NCBI RefSeq assembly: GCF_001194135.2
Contig: NC_068981.1
Span: forward strand, 21,108,072 to 21,172,071
DNA: 64,000 nt
Origin: Octopus bimaculoides
Taxonomy: Eukaryota
Direction of reading: 5' to 3'
Shown: piece by piece, positions 12,731-49,100 of the stretch
Layout: each line of letters starts with the position of its first letter
Position numbering within the stretch: the first letter of the stretch is position 1
Program-made: the position numbers and the translations under genes
Notes under the pieces: model-generated
What the model was told of the DNA's origin: nothing
The model's database searches: none
The model's input: the letters and a program-made list of their open reading frames with translations, nothing else

Positions 12731-15095
12731 ACATCGTAAAAATCCATCATTTCAACAGTACAAACACACCCTTGAAAATGACAATTTAACTTGATATAGA
12801 TTAGTTTAACCAATAGATAATCTAACTGAAGTGCTGTCTTATAACGAGTTCTGCAACATCAAACTGCCCTGACCTGCTCTTGATTGGAGGGGAGGGGGGT
12901 GTTATTTGTCAGGTTAGAGACAAAAAATTTGGAATTTATCCACCCTAAAATTATCTATGTTAGAAAGGTTGAGAAAAAAAGTCTATAAATTCCGTCGTAT
13001 GACCAAGATGAATGAAACAATGTCTAAATCCTGATTAGAAACCAAAGAATTCCCTGAAGGAAATTACTGACCAATGATAAGGCAGTCATACCGAAATGGC
13101 ACAGTTTTTTAAAGAGTAACAAAAGAGAAAGAACAAATGATTGAAGTGACTAGAAAATTGTTAGCAAGTTTATGAAGATGATCATCAGGATGACAGTGGT
13201 GGCGGCGGTGGTGATGATGATGATAGTGTGGTAGTGGTGGTGGTGGTAATAATGATAATAATAACAATAATCATAATACTAAAGGATACTATGAATACTG
13301 ATGTAAGCTAAAGTCTGTTGGGTCCTTAGAAAACGTATTTGAACAGACTTTAGGATGTTAACGTTCCATTGCTAAAAAGTTATTTTATTTTATGGAATAT
13401 TTGAGTAGCGAGGAGGAGAAGGAGGAGTGTGGATGGTTGATAGTGTTTCGGAGCAACATCTAAATTACTGGGCACAATAGAGTATCGAGGAAGTTACAGC
13501 TGCTTCTGGTCATGTCTTCACTGATTAATGAAACACTGGTGGTCAGACAGCTTCGCTTGACCACACAGAAAACAAAGCATGTATAAGTATGGGTATATGC
13601 ATGTGTGTGAGTGTGTGTGGTGTGTGTGTGTGAGTGGTGTGTGTGTGTGTGTATGTGTGTACAATAGCAGTAGCAGATGCATCAGCATTAGAAAAGATAA
13701 AGTATTCCTACTGGCAACCGTGCATGTTAATAAAGACACTGAGATGTACTTTTAGCAAATGAAACAGCTATGGCAGTACCTGCAGACAAGTGCAGGTAGC
13801 ATCAAACACAAATCATTTATCAATATAATGCAGAACTGACATTCCCACTGGACATTTTGCTAGCAACTCCAAAATAATAAAATAAAATAATATTAATAAA
13901 AAAATATTATTAATAATAACGATAATAATAAAATCATGAAAACAAAGAAAAAGAAATTGATGAGCAAAGGGGTGGTTGGGGCAAGTGACACCCATTCCCC
14001 CAACCAGACCTTGTCATATTTGTGAAATAAATGATACCAAGTTGCTAAACTGACTGCAAGCAAAGCTGCAGGGTGGTAAATGATCAGCAACAACAAAGAG
14101 ACACGATGGACACAGTATGGAGGAGGGGGAGAATTATAGCCACAGAGGGCAGTAGTTGTCTCCTTCTGCTTGGCAAATGGTAGAAACCACTTGTTAAACA
14201 AACAGGAACATAACACTTCCCAGTGCTCAGTAAAGCTGTAAAAGTTTGAAAAAGACATTTTTTTTAATTGTTTTTCTCTTTAATATTTTTTTGCCTTTTG
14301 TTTTTTTTTTTTAAATTTAAAACTACATCGACTACTTTTATTAATAATATTCAGGTTTGTTAGGTGAAATAAAAAAATGCACATAGCAATAAAGAATATT
14401 AGTTTTTGATTAGGAATTGTTATCTGACAAGAGCAGCTGCAAATCTGTAGCGAACAGTTGCTGGTTTTAGTTTCACAGATCACAGGATGATAATAGAGAC
14501 ACAGAGAGGGCGTATGATAAGCAAAGAAACCAATGAGAATAGAGTTAGCAGCAAAGAAGCAGATGTAATATTTTCTCATCCACAAATGCTGACAACAGAG
14601 ATCCAGCCTACAAATTATGAAAATGACCTACAAGAATAAGTTTCACCGTGCATGAAACAAATGCTAGAAAACAATTTTTCTGTCCTTTCAAGTTAAACAT
14701 TCTTGTCTGATGAACTATCAGCATGTTTCACAGCAACATCTCTCATGACATTGCACACTCAACGAATGAATGCAATGTTGCTTTGCTATATATATATGTT
14801 TATGTGTGTATACATGTGTACTTGTGCGAGTGTGTGCAGACAGCTTCACACACACACACACGCACACGCACAAACATATAGACATACACTGTTTTGTTGT
14901 CAGTTTACTTTAGTACATGCCGTAGAATGAGCGGTTAAATCTGCCACATCACAAGAAAAGTGATGTGAAGGTAAAGTTGCACATGACAAAGGACTCAGTA
15001 ATGGATTACTGATTCCTTGTTGACTGTAAGAATAATGTGAAGGTCAGAAAAGTGTATGGACACCACACAGCCAAGGTCACTGACCAACAGACCAC

Positions 15096-37415
<22,320 letters not shown>

Positions 37416-40400
37416 CTAAAATAGAAAGAAAATATAATTTTAAACAAAAATCAAGATTAAAGGAGGAAAAAAAAACAAAGGAAAGAAATAGACAAAAATT
37501 TAGGTTGTTAATAAAATTCTTTGAAGTGAAACATTGAAAATGGAGCAATCTAATTTCAAAGACAAAGGAAGTTTTTATTTCAAAGTGCTGTTATTTTGTC
37601 TGAGATCAAAAGACATTTTAATAGCAGCTCAAACAATTAACAACTGTTGTCTGAAAAAAGTAAGAAAAAAAAATTTAAGAACTTAGCAACTTCAAAATTT
37701 GAAAGAAATCTTAATTTGCACTTGCTGTCTAATATATGAAAATATTTTAAAATTTAAACAATTCAAATGAAAAATAAATAATATATTTTGAACAAAAATC
37801 TAAGGATATATAGATATAGTAAAAGTGAAACAGGACATAATCATAGATTTCAATGTGGCAGAAACATTTTAATATACAGTGGATATTTACAATTATAAGT
37901 TTAAATTACTGAAACAAGACAGCTAATTTCTGATCAGCAAATGAAAAATGGTAATAAATACTAAAATATTTTATGTATAATGGGGAGAAAAGTGAGATTT
38001 TGAAATATTACAGCAATTGAATAGTTAAACAAATTAATATATTTATTGATTCAACTAATTTGGTGACATTTTCAGTCATATTTACACTCATGGTGGTACA
38101 GTGTTTAGAGATAATAACTAAATCTGAAGAGATATATATTTATTCAACATTTCACTAAAATAATAGAAGGATAAACAAAACATAAAGACAAGGAACAATG
38201 CTTTACTAGATGCTAGAAGTGATATAAAAACCATTGATACAATAGTATAGGTTTTTGCTGAAGCATTTTACTTGTCTTTTGTGAAGGAACTTTTGAGAAT
38301 TCACAATGCATATTTTAAAAGAATCATATACACACATAGACACAGAAACATCAGACAGTGTAAGTTGTATGAACATAATGTAATAATGATGTTCAAAATA
38401 ACTTTCATGAATCTTGGAATGTTCTTTCATATCTTAAAACATCTGATCCATTTGATATTACAGATGAGCTATGTTAAAATGAGATATTCTATCTGGCCAA
38501 TGTCATCACACAAGTAGTACGCTCTCCTCTTCCTTGTCAGTTTAATCTTTAACTAGAAATCCTACAGCAACATGACAACGAGGCTAGAGATGTTTTATGA
38601 TGAATTTATAATTAACAACATTATTGGTTGTTTCTAGTTGTATTTACATAGCTTTGTCTCCATTTTCTCTTGAATATCAAGGTATTTAGTGAGGGAATAG
38701 ACAAGTTCCCTCTCCTACACAGACTGAGTGAGTAAGCAGCTGGGCTCCCACTGTTTGAAAATCTGATATTGTTTAAAGGGAAAGATTCAATTCAGAAAGA
38801 ACATAATAAAAAGACATTACTATCAAACTAAAGAGGAGTTAAATAAGTATGACTGCTTATAAATGAGTATTTAACTGGATAATAGTCTTGTCATTGTATT
38901 TATTCAGTTGATGAGCAGCAAATTGATAGTTGTCGGCAAAGAAAAGATATCTAGTAATGGTGAACAGCTATGCATGAATAATAACAAAATGGAAGTATTC
39001 AAAGATTGAAAATGTTTCTTAAGTAGAAATTTTTGCCTAAAAACATGGTACTAAACCTGTATTTTGAAAGACATCTAAGAAAATAACAACTGCATTACGT
39101 TAGGATTTAAGAACATAATATATGTTTACACTTTCATGTAACATAATTTGGCCCCAAATAGCTGAGTTAAAGTTCTGCGTTCCTTGACTTTCAAATGTGT
39201 CACTAAAGTACCGTTTTGATTTTATTGTTAGTAAAACAAACTGAGATAAGCAGGTAACTAATGGTCAGTCAAGTAAACAGAAAAAAAAAATAGGTGTTCT
39301 GTTCAAGCTTATATACATAGATGTCTACATTTAAATACTGAACCAGACCCCTAAAAGTTAGCATCAGCCACATAAAAGGGCCAACAGAGTAGTTGGAAAG
39401 TATATTGTGTTGTTATTTCATTTTCAACGTTATTATTATAGTTAATTGATTCTATCTTAAAGTAATTTTATTATTGTCGTTTAGCCACTAATCAACCTTC
39501 AATGATTAGACCTATAATCAATAGTATTCTATCCACGATCACCATATCTAATCTGTTCTTATTTAAAAAAGCAGGGTGTTGAGAGAAATTTGACTGCTTT
39601 ATTTAATAGGTCAAGTGACCATTCAGAGGCTCTCTAGGTGGTCTACAGTATATTTATTATTTACTGAGAGAAAAGAGAGCTGCTTTGATTTTTGCAATCT
39701 CTCCAAAACTGGTGTAGTTGATGCTTAACTAGAAATGTTTCAGTTGGTTGAGGTGGGAAAAATATGGAATGGGAGGGTGTTCTAGATAGGTGCAAGAAGG
39801 ATTGGAAAGTGTTTTGTGCAGAGTTTAGGTGATGAGACCTATTAGAGATCATCAAAGGAAGAGAGGCAAGTTCACCAAGTAGGTTCAAGTATATATGGTA
39901 TTTAGCATGTTACTTCTGTTGAGCCAAAGCTATTAGAGTGGTAGCAGAAAAGGCAAAAACATGGTTTTATTTTGGATGTAGCTCATGGTGTCTCAGAATA
40001 AAGTTATACAACTGGGATCGGGTTTTTGCAATGTCGTATATGTGTACATGTGATGTTTGATGTATGACTAAAAAAATAAGATCTAAATCTAAATCCCAGA
40101 CAAGGTCTACACAAGCTGTATAGGCAGTCATTGAAGAAAAAATAGACTGAAGGTGATGAGGTAGGGCACACTGTTAAAGTTCCACAAGTTTAAGTTAGAC
40201 TCTACTGAAAAGGAAAAATTGATTAGCTTGGTAAGAATAAGAGCTAGCATAGGAGCACACAATTTGAGGAGAATGAAAGAAACATCTTTTTAAGACAGTA
40301 GGGTGTGATTTGAGATTTTTGCTGGTATTTCTTGCAGGTCAAACCATCACATAAATGCTCTCTTTACGGTGGCTCTGGAGGAGTTGTGCATGAGACATAT

Positions 40401-41418
40401 ATGTGCATGCAAAGTGGCTTTGATGAAAAATGGGCAGCAGAAACAATGGATATAAATAGTAGGACAGTTACATACAGGGTCCTCTTTTGTACTAAGACTG
40501 AAGATTACAATTTTGGAAAGAGGCTGGGTGATACACAAAGGTTTTCTTTGATTATCTTAAGGTGATCTGGTATGTGTGGTAGGAGGGTGACTTTCTGTGG
40601 GAGTTATAGTGATATTTTTGAAGTATAGCAATAGTACATCTGTGAGTGAATCACTTGGCAGTTTGGGGATTATAAACATTTGTTGCATGAAAGATGTAGA
40701 GAGACATACTTTGGAATAGTGTAGCAGTTACCTGGTTAACTGTCTTTGAGAAGATAGAGGTGAAACATTTTTTGCTAAGGTCAGTCATTCTAGTTGGCAC
40801 TCATCAGATAATTAGTACCCAAGTTATGTAGCATGTGTAACACAGAAAGAATATTTATTGCTCAGAGCTAAACAACAAAATTCAAATTTTTTAACACAGT
40901 TCTGATTATTGGAAACGTCTGATAGAACTGAAGATATGTAGAGCCAATGCTCTGTTATAAAAATTGAAAAGATGGTGAAGGAAATCATTTTCCCTTAAGA
41001 TGAGGAACATTTTAATTTAACTATTATTAAATCTTATTTGCATGATACTCATTGCAGTGGTTGGAAGAATATGAAGATGATTAACGAAAGTCTTCAAGAA
41101 GGGTCAGAGTAGAGAAGTCAGGGTATAGGGAAGTTATTCCTGAGATGAATAAAACTGCAATGAAAAAAGTCTCAAATGATTCAGAAATTAACGCAAGGAG
41201 ATAAAGCTGTCAAGGAAGTAAAAGGTATACAAATAGCAACAACGATAATATTATTTACTTCAAAGTTTTCAATAGTCATGGACTGTCATATATAAACATT
41301 TCTATGTAAAACCCCTATAATGGTGCTCAGTGAAGAAATAGTGATTTTGGACTAACTTGAAAACAGAGTGCAATCTGATCTTTAGAATACCATGTCTAAT
41401 AAGTTAGTTTTTCTCATA

Positions 41419-42373
41419 CGAGGTCTGATCAATAAGTATCTGGACTGTTGCCATAGTAATGAAGCTAAAGCATGCAGAGTGAAGCCACTTGGCAAAGATT
41501 GACCTTGAACTCTGCTGTTCATGTACACTAAGTTTTAACGTTCTAGCTCACTTCTGCTGTTTACAGCAGTGCTTGGAAGGAAGGTATGTAGCATGTGATC
41601 ACTGCATTGACCATGACAGAAAAAGTTGTCATAACGATACCTGCTCAGAGGCTTATGCAAAGTTGCAAAAAGTGTATGGAGAGGAATGTATGAGCTGCAC
41701 AGAAGTGTATGAGTGGTTCAGACATTTCCAAGATAGCTGAAAAAATGTCAATTTTGACGAATGTTCTGAGAGACCTACAACCAGCAGAACTGAGAAAAAT
41801 ATTGCAGATGTGCATGCAATTGTGAGAAGAAAATCATCAAATCACCATCTGTGAGTTATCAGAGGATGTGCAGATTAGTTACGGTTCAGTTCAGTTCATT
41901 ATCACTGAAGATTTGGGTATGAGACATGTGTCTGCCAAGTTTGTGCCAAAACTGCTTTCAGCTGACCAAAAAGACACTCAGGTTTCAGTTGCACNNNNNN
42001 NNNNTGTGCCAAAACTGCTTTCAGCTGACCAAAAAGACACTCAGGTTTCAGTTGCACAAGATCTTGATTGTGTCGAGAATGATTAAAACTTTTTGAAAAC
42101 TTTGCGTAGGCCTCTGTGCAGGTATCACCAAGCTTTTGGCAAAATTTGATGCAGATTCTCTGTTCAACTCTCTCTGTCATGGTCAATGCGATGATCACAT
42201 GCTACACACCTTCCTTCCAAACACTGCTGTAAACAGTGGAAGTGAGCTAGAACATTAAAACTTAGTTTGATGCACTGTAGAGTTCAAGGTCAATCGGTGC
42301 CAAGTGGTTTCACTCTGTGTGCTTTAGCTTTGTTACTATGGTAACAGTCCGGATAGTTATTGATCAGACCATG
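41419..42373 (+). mobile_element. Non-autonomous mariner derivative with two 5' ends (foldback), copy 1
   Basis: TA on both sides; TIR cgaggtctgatcaataagtatc. The long arm encodes EVYEWFRHFQD and MRHVSAKFVPKLL. The right ~275 bp is an inverted 5' end encoding MTERVEQRICIKFCQKLG on the minus strand. Contains a 10-N gap. Confidence 0.9.
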
Positions 42374-45300
42374 TATAGCTCCAAATAATCCACTTGATTT
42401 TTAGCTTTTAACATTCTTATATATTCTTATTATTTTAACTTCAAGATTAGTGATTTAAAATGCTCAAGTTGAAACCAGATGTATTACTTGTCACTCTCAT
42501 AAGAAATGGTTAAATGTTTGACACTAGAAAATGCATGTAAGTAAACATAAAATATATCGAGTACAAAAATTCACACAAAATTTCCAATTTGCAGACCCAT
42601 TCAACAATTGATGAGAAAAAAGAAATCTGAAATCAATATATGAAGTAAGGCTAAATCATCTGAGTTTAAGTATATTGGCCAAGTGATGTTCAATAGATAC
42701 AAGGAAAAAAATCAGATCTGCTTACATCCCACTTCCTCCAATATAATTTTTTAGTTCCTGCTTATAAGTTGTAATACAATAAATTTAATGGCTATAACAA
42801 ATGGAAATGATCAATGCTAAACAACAGTGATGCTTTGTAAGAACATAAATGAAGACTGCTAGAGAGTTACTATTTTGAACCCATCAGTAGCAGTATTTGC
42901 AAATTGTTTTGGATAGAGTTAAACATTTAAATGAAGCAATTAACCAGTAAAAACTGAAATTAACCTGACTTACATAATCATATTTTTGACTGATGTCAAA
43001 TCATTATTTCCATGTTAGGATTGGTAGAGGAATGAGAATCTACAAGGAAATATATTCTACCTAAGAAGCTGTACAACTAATATTATAACAATGCATGTAT
43101 TACTGTTGAAAAGGGGTCCTTGTAAATGATGTGGGCTTTCTATAACACTTCTGTACAGAGCTGAGAGTTTTCACAAATTGATTTTTAAAAAAATAAAAAA
43201 AACCTTAAAATAAGAAGTATAATTTAAAATGTGGCAAAAGAATCAAAAATGAACTTAAACTATAATTCTACCAGTGGGGTCTGCTGAAGGTCCAGGCTTG
43301 TAATATTAAAATTCTCTAAAAATTGTGGGATAACTGAATAGCAGGAGAGAGTGTATAAACATGTTTTTAGAAAAACATAAAAAGTGCTTCTATTTTCCAT
43401 TAGTTTATTCATTCCGACACATATAGAAGAAATATTACCAATGTTTAAAAAGTAATTCCAAAAGGGACGTAAGTACAGTCTACATTTTGAGGAATCTAGA
43501 ACAATGAGTATGATTAAGTTCATTACAAATCAAAAATATCCATTAGATGATCGTTATATAGTATTGTTTCTCGAGAGTATTTTTTAACAACATAGCTCTC
43601 TGTTAGAATAACATTCCTCTTATTTTATCAACTCTGGAGAAATGAAAGACAAAAGTTGATCCTGGCAGAATTCTAACTTAGTATATAGGGAGACAAAGCA
43701 AAATACTATAAAATATTTGGTCTGCTAACCTAGTACTGGTATAAGTTAACAGCCTATATAAATAACGGCTGAGGACTATTTAAGAATGACTGCTCTAGTT
43801 TTTAAGTCATAATGTGATAAAAGTAAACAGAATTAATGAGATAGAATTAATAGTGATTTTTCAAATTATACTCTATCTCGTTTAGTCATTTAGTTGTAGC
43901 ACAGGAGAGATAATCTATATTTCAAATCATGCAGTTCACAAGAGAAAGGATTCATTAACTATAAAATTAGATCATTAATCCATTAGCATTCAGATTACTC
44001 TGTCAACTGTAATGCTTATTTAGTCACATTATCTTCAATTAATCATGCATTATCTCACAAATTTGAGATTTTGATGATGTAATTGTTTATTTTCAGAAAG
44101 ACATTGTAGGGTAGGAGTGAGAAGCTGAAGCTGGACAATTTGAACATAAATCAGATAGAATATTTGGGTCTGATAAGGTCAGTTGTAACGCTAAAGATTT
44201 AAACTAAGAAGTTTTCATAGAAGACACCATATCTGAAATGTATAAACTGCTAAAAGTCTAAGTATTAAAAAAAAAAAAGAGGGAAGAAGAGATAGAGATA
44301 TACATTTGAAAGATAAGATACAATTAAAAATGTTAATAACAATGGTTTCTTATTTTAATTTCATTACATGGCAAATTGTTTAAGGGGCTGAGAACAACCA
44401 GCATCATTGGTACATATGCTATCAGCAGAAAAAGAAAATGAAAAGAAAAGCTGACCCTTGTAAAATTCAAACTCAGTCTGCTTGCAAATGGAACTGAGAT
44501 GAAATGGAATACTGTAAGACATTTAGACTAGTGCTTTACAGTTTCTGTTGACTAAACCATTCTTGTCAACAATAGCACTGAACCTTTAATACATTATCTG
44601 GACCAATAGAAAAAATACAATAAAAATTTCTGAGGTCTGCTGTCTATAAATGAGGAGCTAGTAGGAAAGTTGTGACATCTAAAATTTTGATGACAGAATG
44701 TTCAATTAATGTTTTAATACCTAAAATACACCAGTACCAAAGACCCCCCCNNNNNNNNNNCACACAATAAAAAAAAAACATGACTAAAGGATGAACCAGA
44801 AACATGACTAAAAGATGGACCACATCTTCACTGCTCTCATTCTCCTTTTTAGTTAGCATTAGATTCTTTCATGATTTTAATCTTCAGTTATAAATTCATT
44901 AACATCTAGGATTCTTTACACAAATATCAAATAAATCGCAGTACTCAAGTGGTACTGTGTTTTATTGACCCATCTTCCCAGGAGGATGAAAGGCAAAATT
45001 TCCATGGCAGTTTTGAACCCAGAATATAATGAACCATAACTAAATACCACAAGTATTTTGTCTAAGAATCTAACAGTTCTGATAGACACACACAGAGTCT
45101 CAACTGTTTGAACATCAGAGTTGAACAAAACCTGTAATAGTGAGTGTCTAAGAAGGTATGGTTGTGTGATCAGCTGGACTAAGGATGACCACAATAACTT
45201 CCAATCTCCCAAATTCTGCACTGAATTGTTACTAAACGAGGATATATATATATATATATATATATATANNNNNNNNNNNNNNNNNNNNNNNNNNNNNNNN

Positions 45301-45554
45301 NNNNNNNNNNNNNNNNNNNNNNNNNNNNNNNNNNNNNNNNNNNNNNNNNNNNNNNNNNNNNNNNNNNNNNCTACTGATTCTAAACTACAAATTCTAAATT
45401 TTCAGTATGTTGGAGAAGCAACTCAATGCTAATCCCTGTATATTTATGATGATAAATGGTTTTACCGATAAAGGTTTTTTCATACTGAACTACTTGGCAA
45501 AATTGTTAATTATTAATTCTATTATTAATTGACGATTCCCTGCCCTTATTCTTG

Positions 45555-45593
<39 letters not shown>

Positions 45594-45820
45594 TCTGAAA
45601 GGTGTGGGTATTAGTCTTTCCCTTAGAGACAACAATAAATGAAAACCATGGAAATACTTAATTTCAAATGATGATTATTTAAGAGAATCCAGAAAATTTG
45701 TTGCAGGGAAATTTGGAGAATGTTACATAACCACTGAAATAGAACTTAATAAAAAGGACTATAAAAAAAATTTAAAAAATTCACATTTTGGTCCTTAGCA
45801 TTCCTGGGAATTTCCAACTG

Positions 45821-46105
45821 TGTCAAGTTACTATTGTACCTATGTTCTTGTATCTATATCAGGTTGTTAGTGCTGCATCCATGTCAAATTAATGCTATGG
45901 CAATGTCAAGTTACTGATCTTCTCCCCAAGTCAAGTTATTGATGTACCCAAGCCAAGTTATTGATGTACCCATGTCAAGTTAATACTGAATCTATGGTCA
46001 AGTTAGTACAGCAGTCATGTCAAGCTAGTGCTGTACTTAAATTACTTCTGCAATCAAGTTATTGATACATCTATATGAAGTTATTGATGTCCCTAAGTAA
46101 AGTTA
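45821..46105 (+). repeat. Degenerate 22-bp minisatellite
   Basis: Units gtcaagttattgatgtacccaa (45930-45951) and gccaagttattgatgtacccat (45952-45973); about 10 units with interruptions. Confidence 0.8.
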
Positions 46106-49100
46106 AAATGCTGGAGAGATTTATGGAAGCAAAACTGAGGTTAACAGAAATGAAGAATTGAAATTATCTTTCCATTTTGTCAATTTCTCCAAATTTTTTT
46201 TTTAATAGATCCACTTTCATGGTTTATTAAGCCTTCTCATTGCAACCAGCTATAGATATGTGCTCTGAAGTTACACACCACCTACTGCAGTTCTGCTTGT
46301 GACTCAATATTGCAGCAGATGCAACATAATGTTTTCACAAGTATATTCTTCCAGTGATTATTAAAAGATACTAAAAGAGAAGCTGCAATTTTCCCCTATA
46401 AAACTAATGTCATAATATTAAGTTAGATTTATACTAAAAGATGTAGATTGGGGCAATGTGATTGGCTTATATTTATTCATAACGCATCAAGTAGTCTTTC
46501 AGATAACAGAAGTACAGATTCCTTTTCTGTTATTGATACAAATAGAAATTCTGCCATAACAAATAAAACATAAAATATTGTACATGTGTGCACACATGCA
46601 CAAACACACACATACGAGACAGATTCATTTATGGGAAAGTGGATATTTTGCCAAAACATTAAATCTGTAAAAAAAAAACAAAAAAAAAAACTGTTTGCTC
46701 AACAGTTATATATAACTCATACAGTCCTCTTTCGTTTCTTGTTTCCCTGGTCTCTGATCCAAGAATTTCCATATATATATTTATAATTGTATGCAAATAT
46801 GCAAGTTTGCTGAACCATAATGTCTCATGTCACGTTCAATCCCACTACATGGCATCTTGAACAAATGTAATTTTCTATAGCCATGAGTTTACTTATACCT
46901 TGAGGATGAAATTAGATTGGTGGAAGATTGTATACAAACCCACTGAATGGATTGTACCTGTAATTGAAATTCAAAAGTACTGCTTTGTCACACAGTATGT
47001 CAGCTGATTCTGCATCAGAATGATGTTAAGGGTACATTCCTGTCTGTGGAATGCTCAGCCACTTTTTGTGCTAATTCATTGAGCAGGAAGGTAATTCAGT
47101 TGATCAAACAACTAAATCCTCATAGTTGAAACTGGCAGAGAAACACACACATACAGCTCTGGAGTCAGTACACAAAACCTTTAATTATGATACTGACTCT
47201 TCTATCTGTAATTAGATTAATCATGTACTTCTTATATTAACTGAAAGCACACATGGACAATGTGAAGCATCAAGCTATGTTGTAGCATTTTAACCTGCTA
47301 ACATTTTGGCTTAATGGTTATAACTATGCTGTTGTAGCCTTTTTATATTATTTATTAAATAATTTACAAACAATTAAACATTATTAGACAACACTTACAA
47401 AATTAAAAAAAGAGATTTTATCAAATGTTTACTCTAAAAGAGCATCTTTGTTTACCAGTTCAAAAATCTTAGGAACATCAAAGTTAAAACTGAGCTTTTG
47501 AACATCTAAAGCAACTTATTTTTAAACAACCATTTTAAAAGAAATAAAATCAATGAAATACATAACCTCTCCTTCTTGAGATCAAAGCATTGATTAAATA
47601 TTAAATTCAAATGTAGCACAAAGCATTAAATGAAATATAAATTATATTTTAAGACTAAAAAGTGTGTCCCCACAAGAAAAAAAATTTAACAAAAAAAAAA
47701 AATCAGTGTAACTATAAAATAGTGGTTAAATAAAAAATCCAGATCTAAAATTTACTAATAACTTGTTAGAAACAGAATGGTTTGTAGCTTTATAGAAACT
47801 CTTAAATCTGATTTAATTATTTTCAATGCAGAAAAGTCAAATATATGTAAATTAAAAATTTTAACAGATCATATTACAATTTTCATAGTCTGTCTCCATA
47901 GCTCCTGAATACAACACATAACTAATTTAAAACCTTTAAAAATTGGTGCCAAAATAAAGATGTGCAAGATATATATGAAGTGTTTTATTTAATAAAAGAA
48001 ATACTAAATAGTTTATAGCTAAGAAAAAACAAAATAAAACTAGGATTTAACATAGAAAACAGGCAATTAGCATAGATTGACAAACTTTCAGTTTTTACAA
48101 GAAGCAAATTTAAGCATACAAGAGTAAATAAATATCTTCTAACTAGTAAGCACATATTGTATAAGTATAGAGAAAGGGGAAATAATATGTTGAAATCAAT
48201 TAGAAAGGGCAATGAATGGGTAATAGATTATTAAATTTGCTATTAACCAGTCATGTAAAAATATACATCTTTAAATGGTTTCATTGGTAGTTTGTTATAT
48301 TCCTAAATAAGTAAAATATATCTACTACAAAATTTAGGAGGTATCTATGAAGTGAGGTATTACTGGTTTACCTATTTATCTATATAAAATATTGTCAATA
48401 TCAGTATTGCTACATTTGTTTAAGATAAAAAGACAGCATCATTTCTGTCTAGAATTTATTTACTAAATCAACAGATTTTAGAAAATTGCTAAAAGAAACT
48501 TGGGTATAATATTCGATGGATGATTTATAATATCCAAACAAGATGCTTCCTTAAAGTAACAAAAAACTATTTTAAGAGTGAGACAACAGGGTATTGAGAT
48601 AATACAAGTAGATGTTTTAAAATGACCTAATCTCTCAATAATGCACAATGGAATTATGTTCCTGGATCAGTAGTGGGGTAAAAGGACAGGATTTATTCTT
48701 AGACTTGGTGATAGATAGAACTATAGTATCAATCCTGAGAGAGAAAGAGAAAGAGAGAGGGAGAGAGGAGTGGGCAAGTAAACAGGAAGAACTGATCTAA
48801 TCCTTTTGAGTCACTAAATCCAAGACTAAAATAGAACACAGAACAAAGAGAGCATGTGCACACACACATGTACACACATAGTCAGACAGTGAGAGCAATG
48901 TTACGCTGATCAATAAATAGTTTCAGAATGTCTAGGTTAAGATGAAATATGTCTCCAAATTGTTTAAAATGTTGACAGGTTTATTAAGTGAAAATCGAAA
49001 ATACAATTTGCTTTAAAGGAAAAGGCTAATTAAGAATTATTGTGATAGGATAAATCAAAGTGATTTCCCATAGAAAGAAAAAAGAAAAAAAGAAAATGAA

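Larger units (their letters stand above)
7860..15095 (-). other. Putative long 3' UTR of the G-alpha-o gene (extent inferred)
   Basis: Directly follows the stop codon. I saw no further exon and no copy of the abundant SINE families here. It ends at a canonical AATAAA with a downstream U/GU-rich tract. No transcript evidence available. Confidence 0.45.

Noticed and set aside
41942-42057. 53-bp direct duplication inside mariner copy 1
   Set aside because: The identical copies directly flank a 10-N gap; this is an unmerged contig overlap.
46899-46957. 59-nt AG...GT-bounded pseudo-exon on the minus strand in intron 3
   Set aside because: Not a multiple of 3, weak donor (gtataa) and no similarity to G-alpha; such matches are expected by chance.
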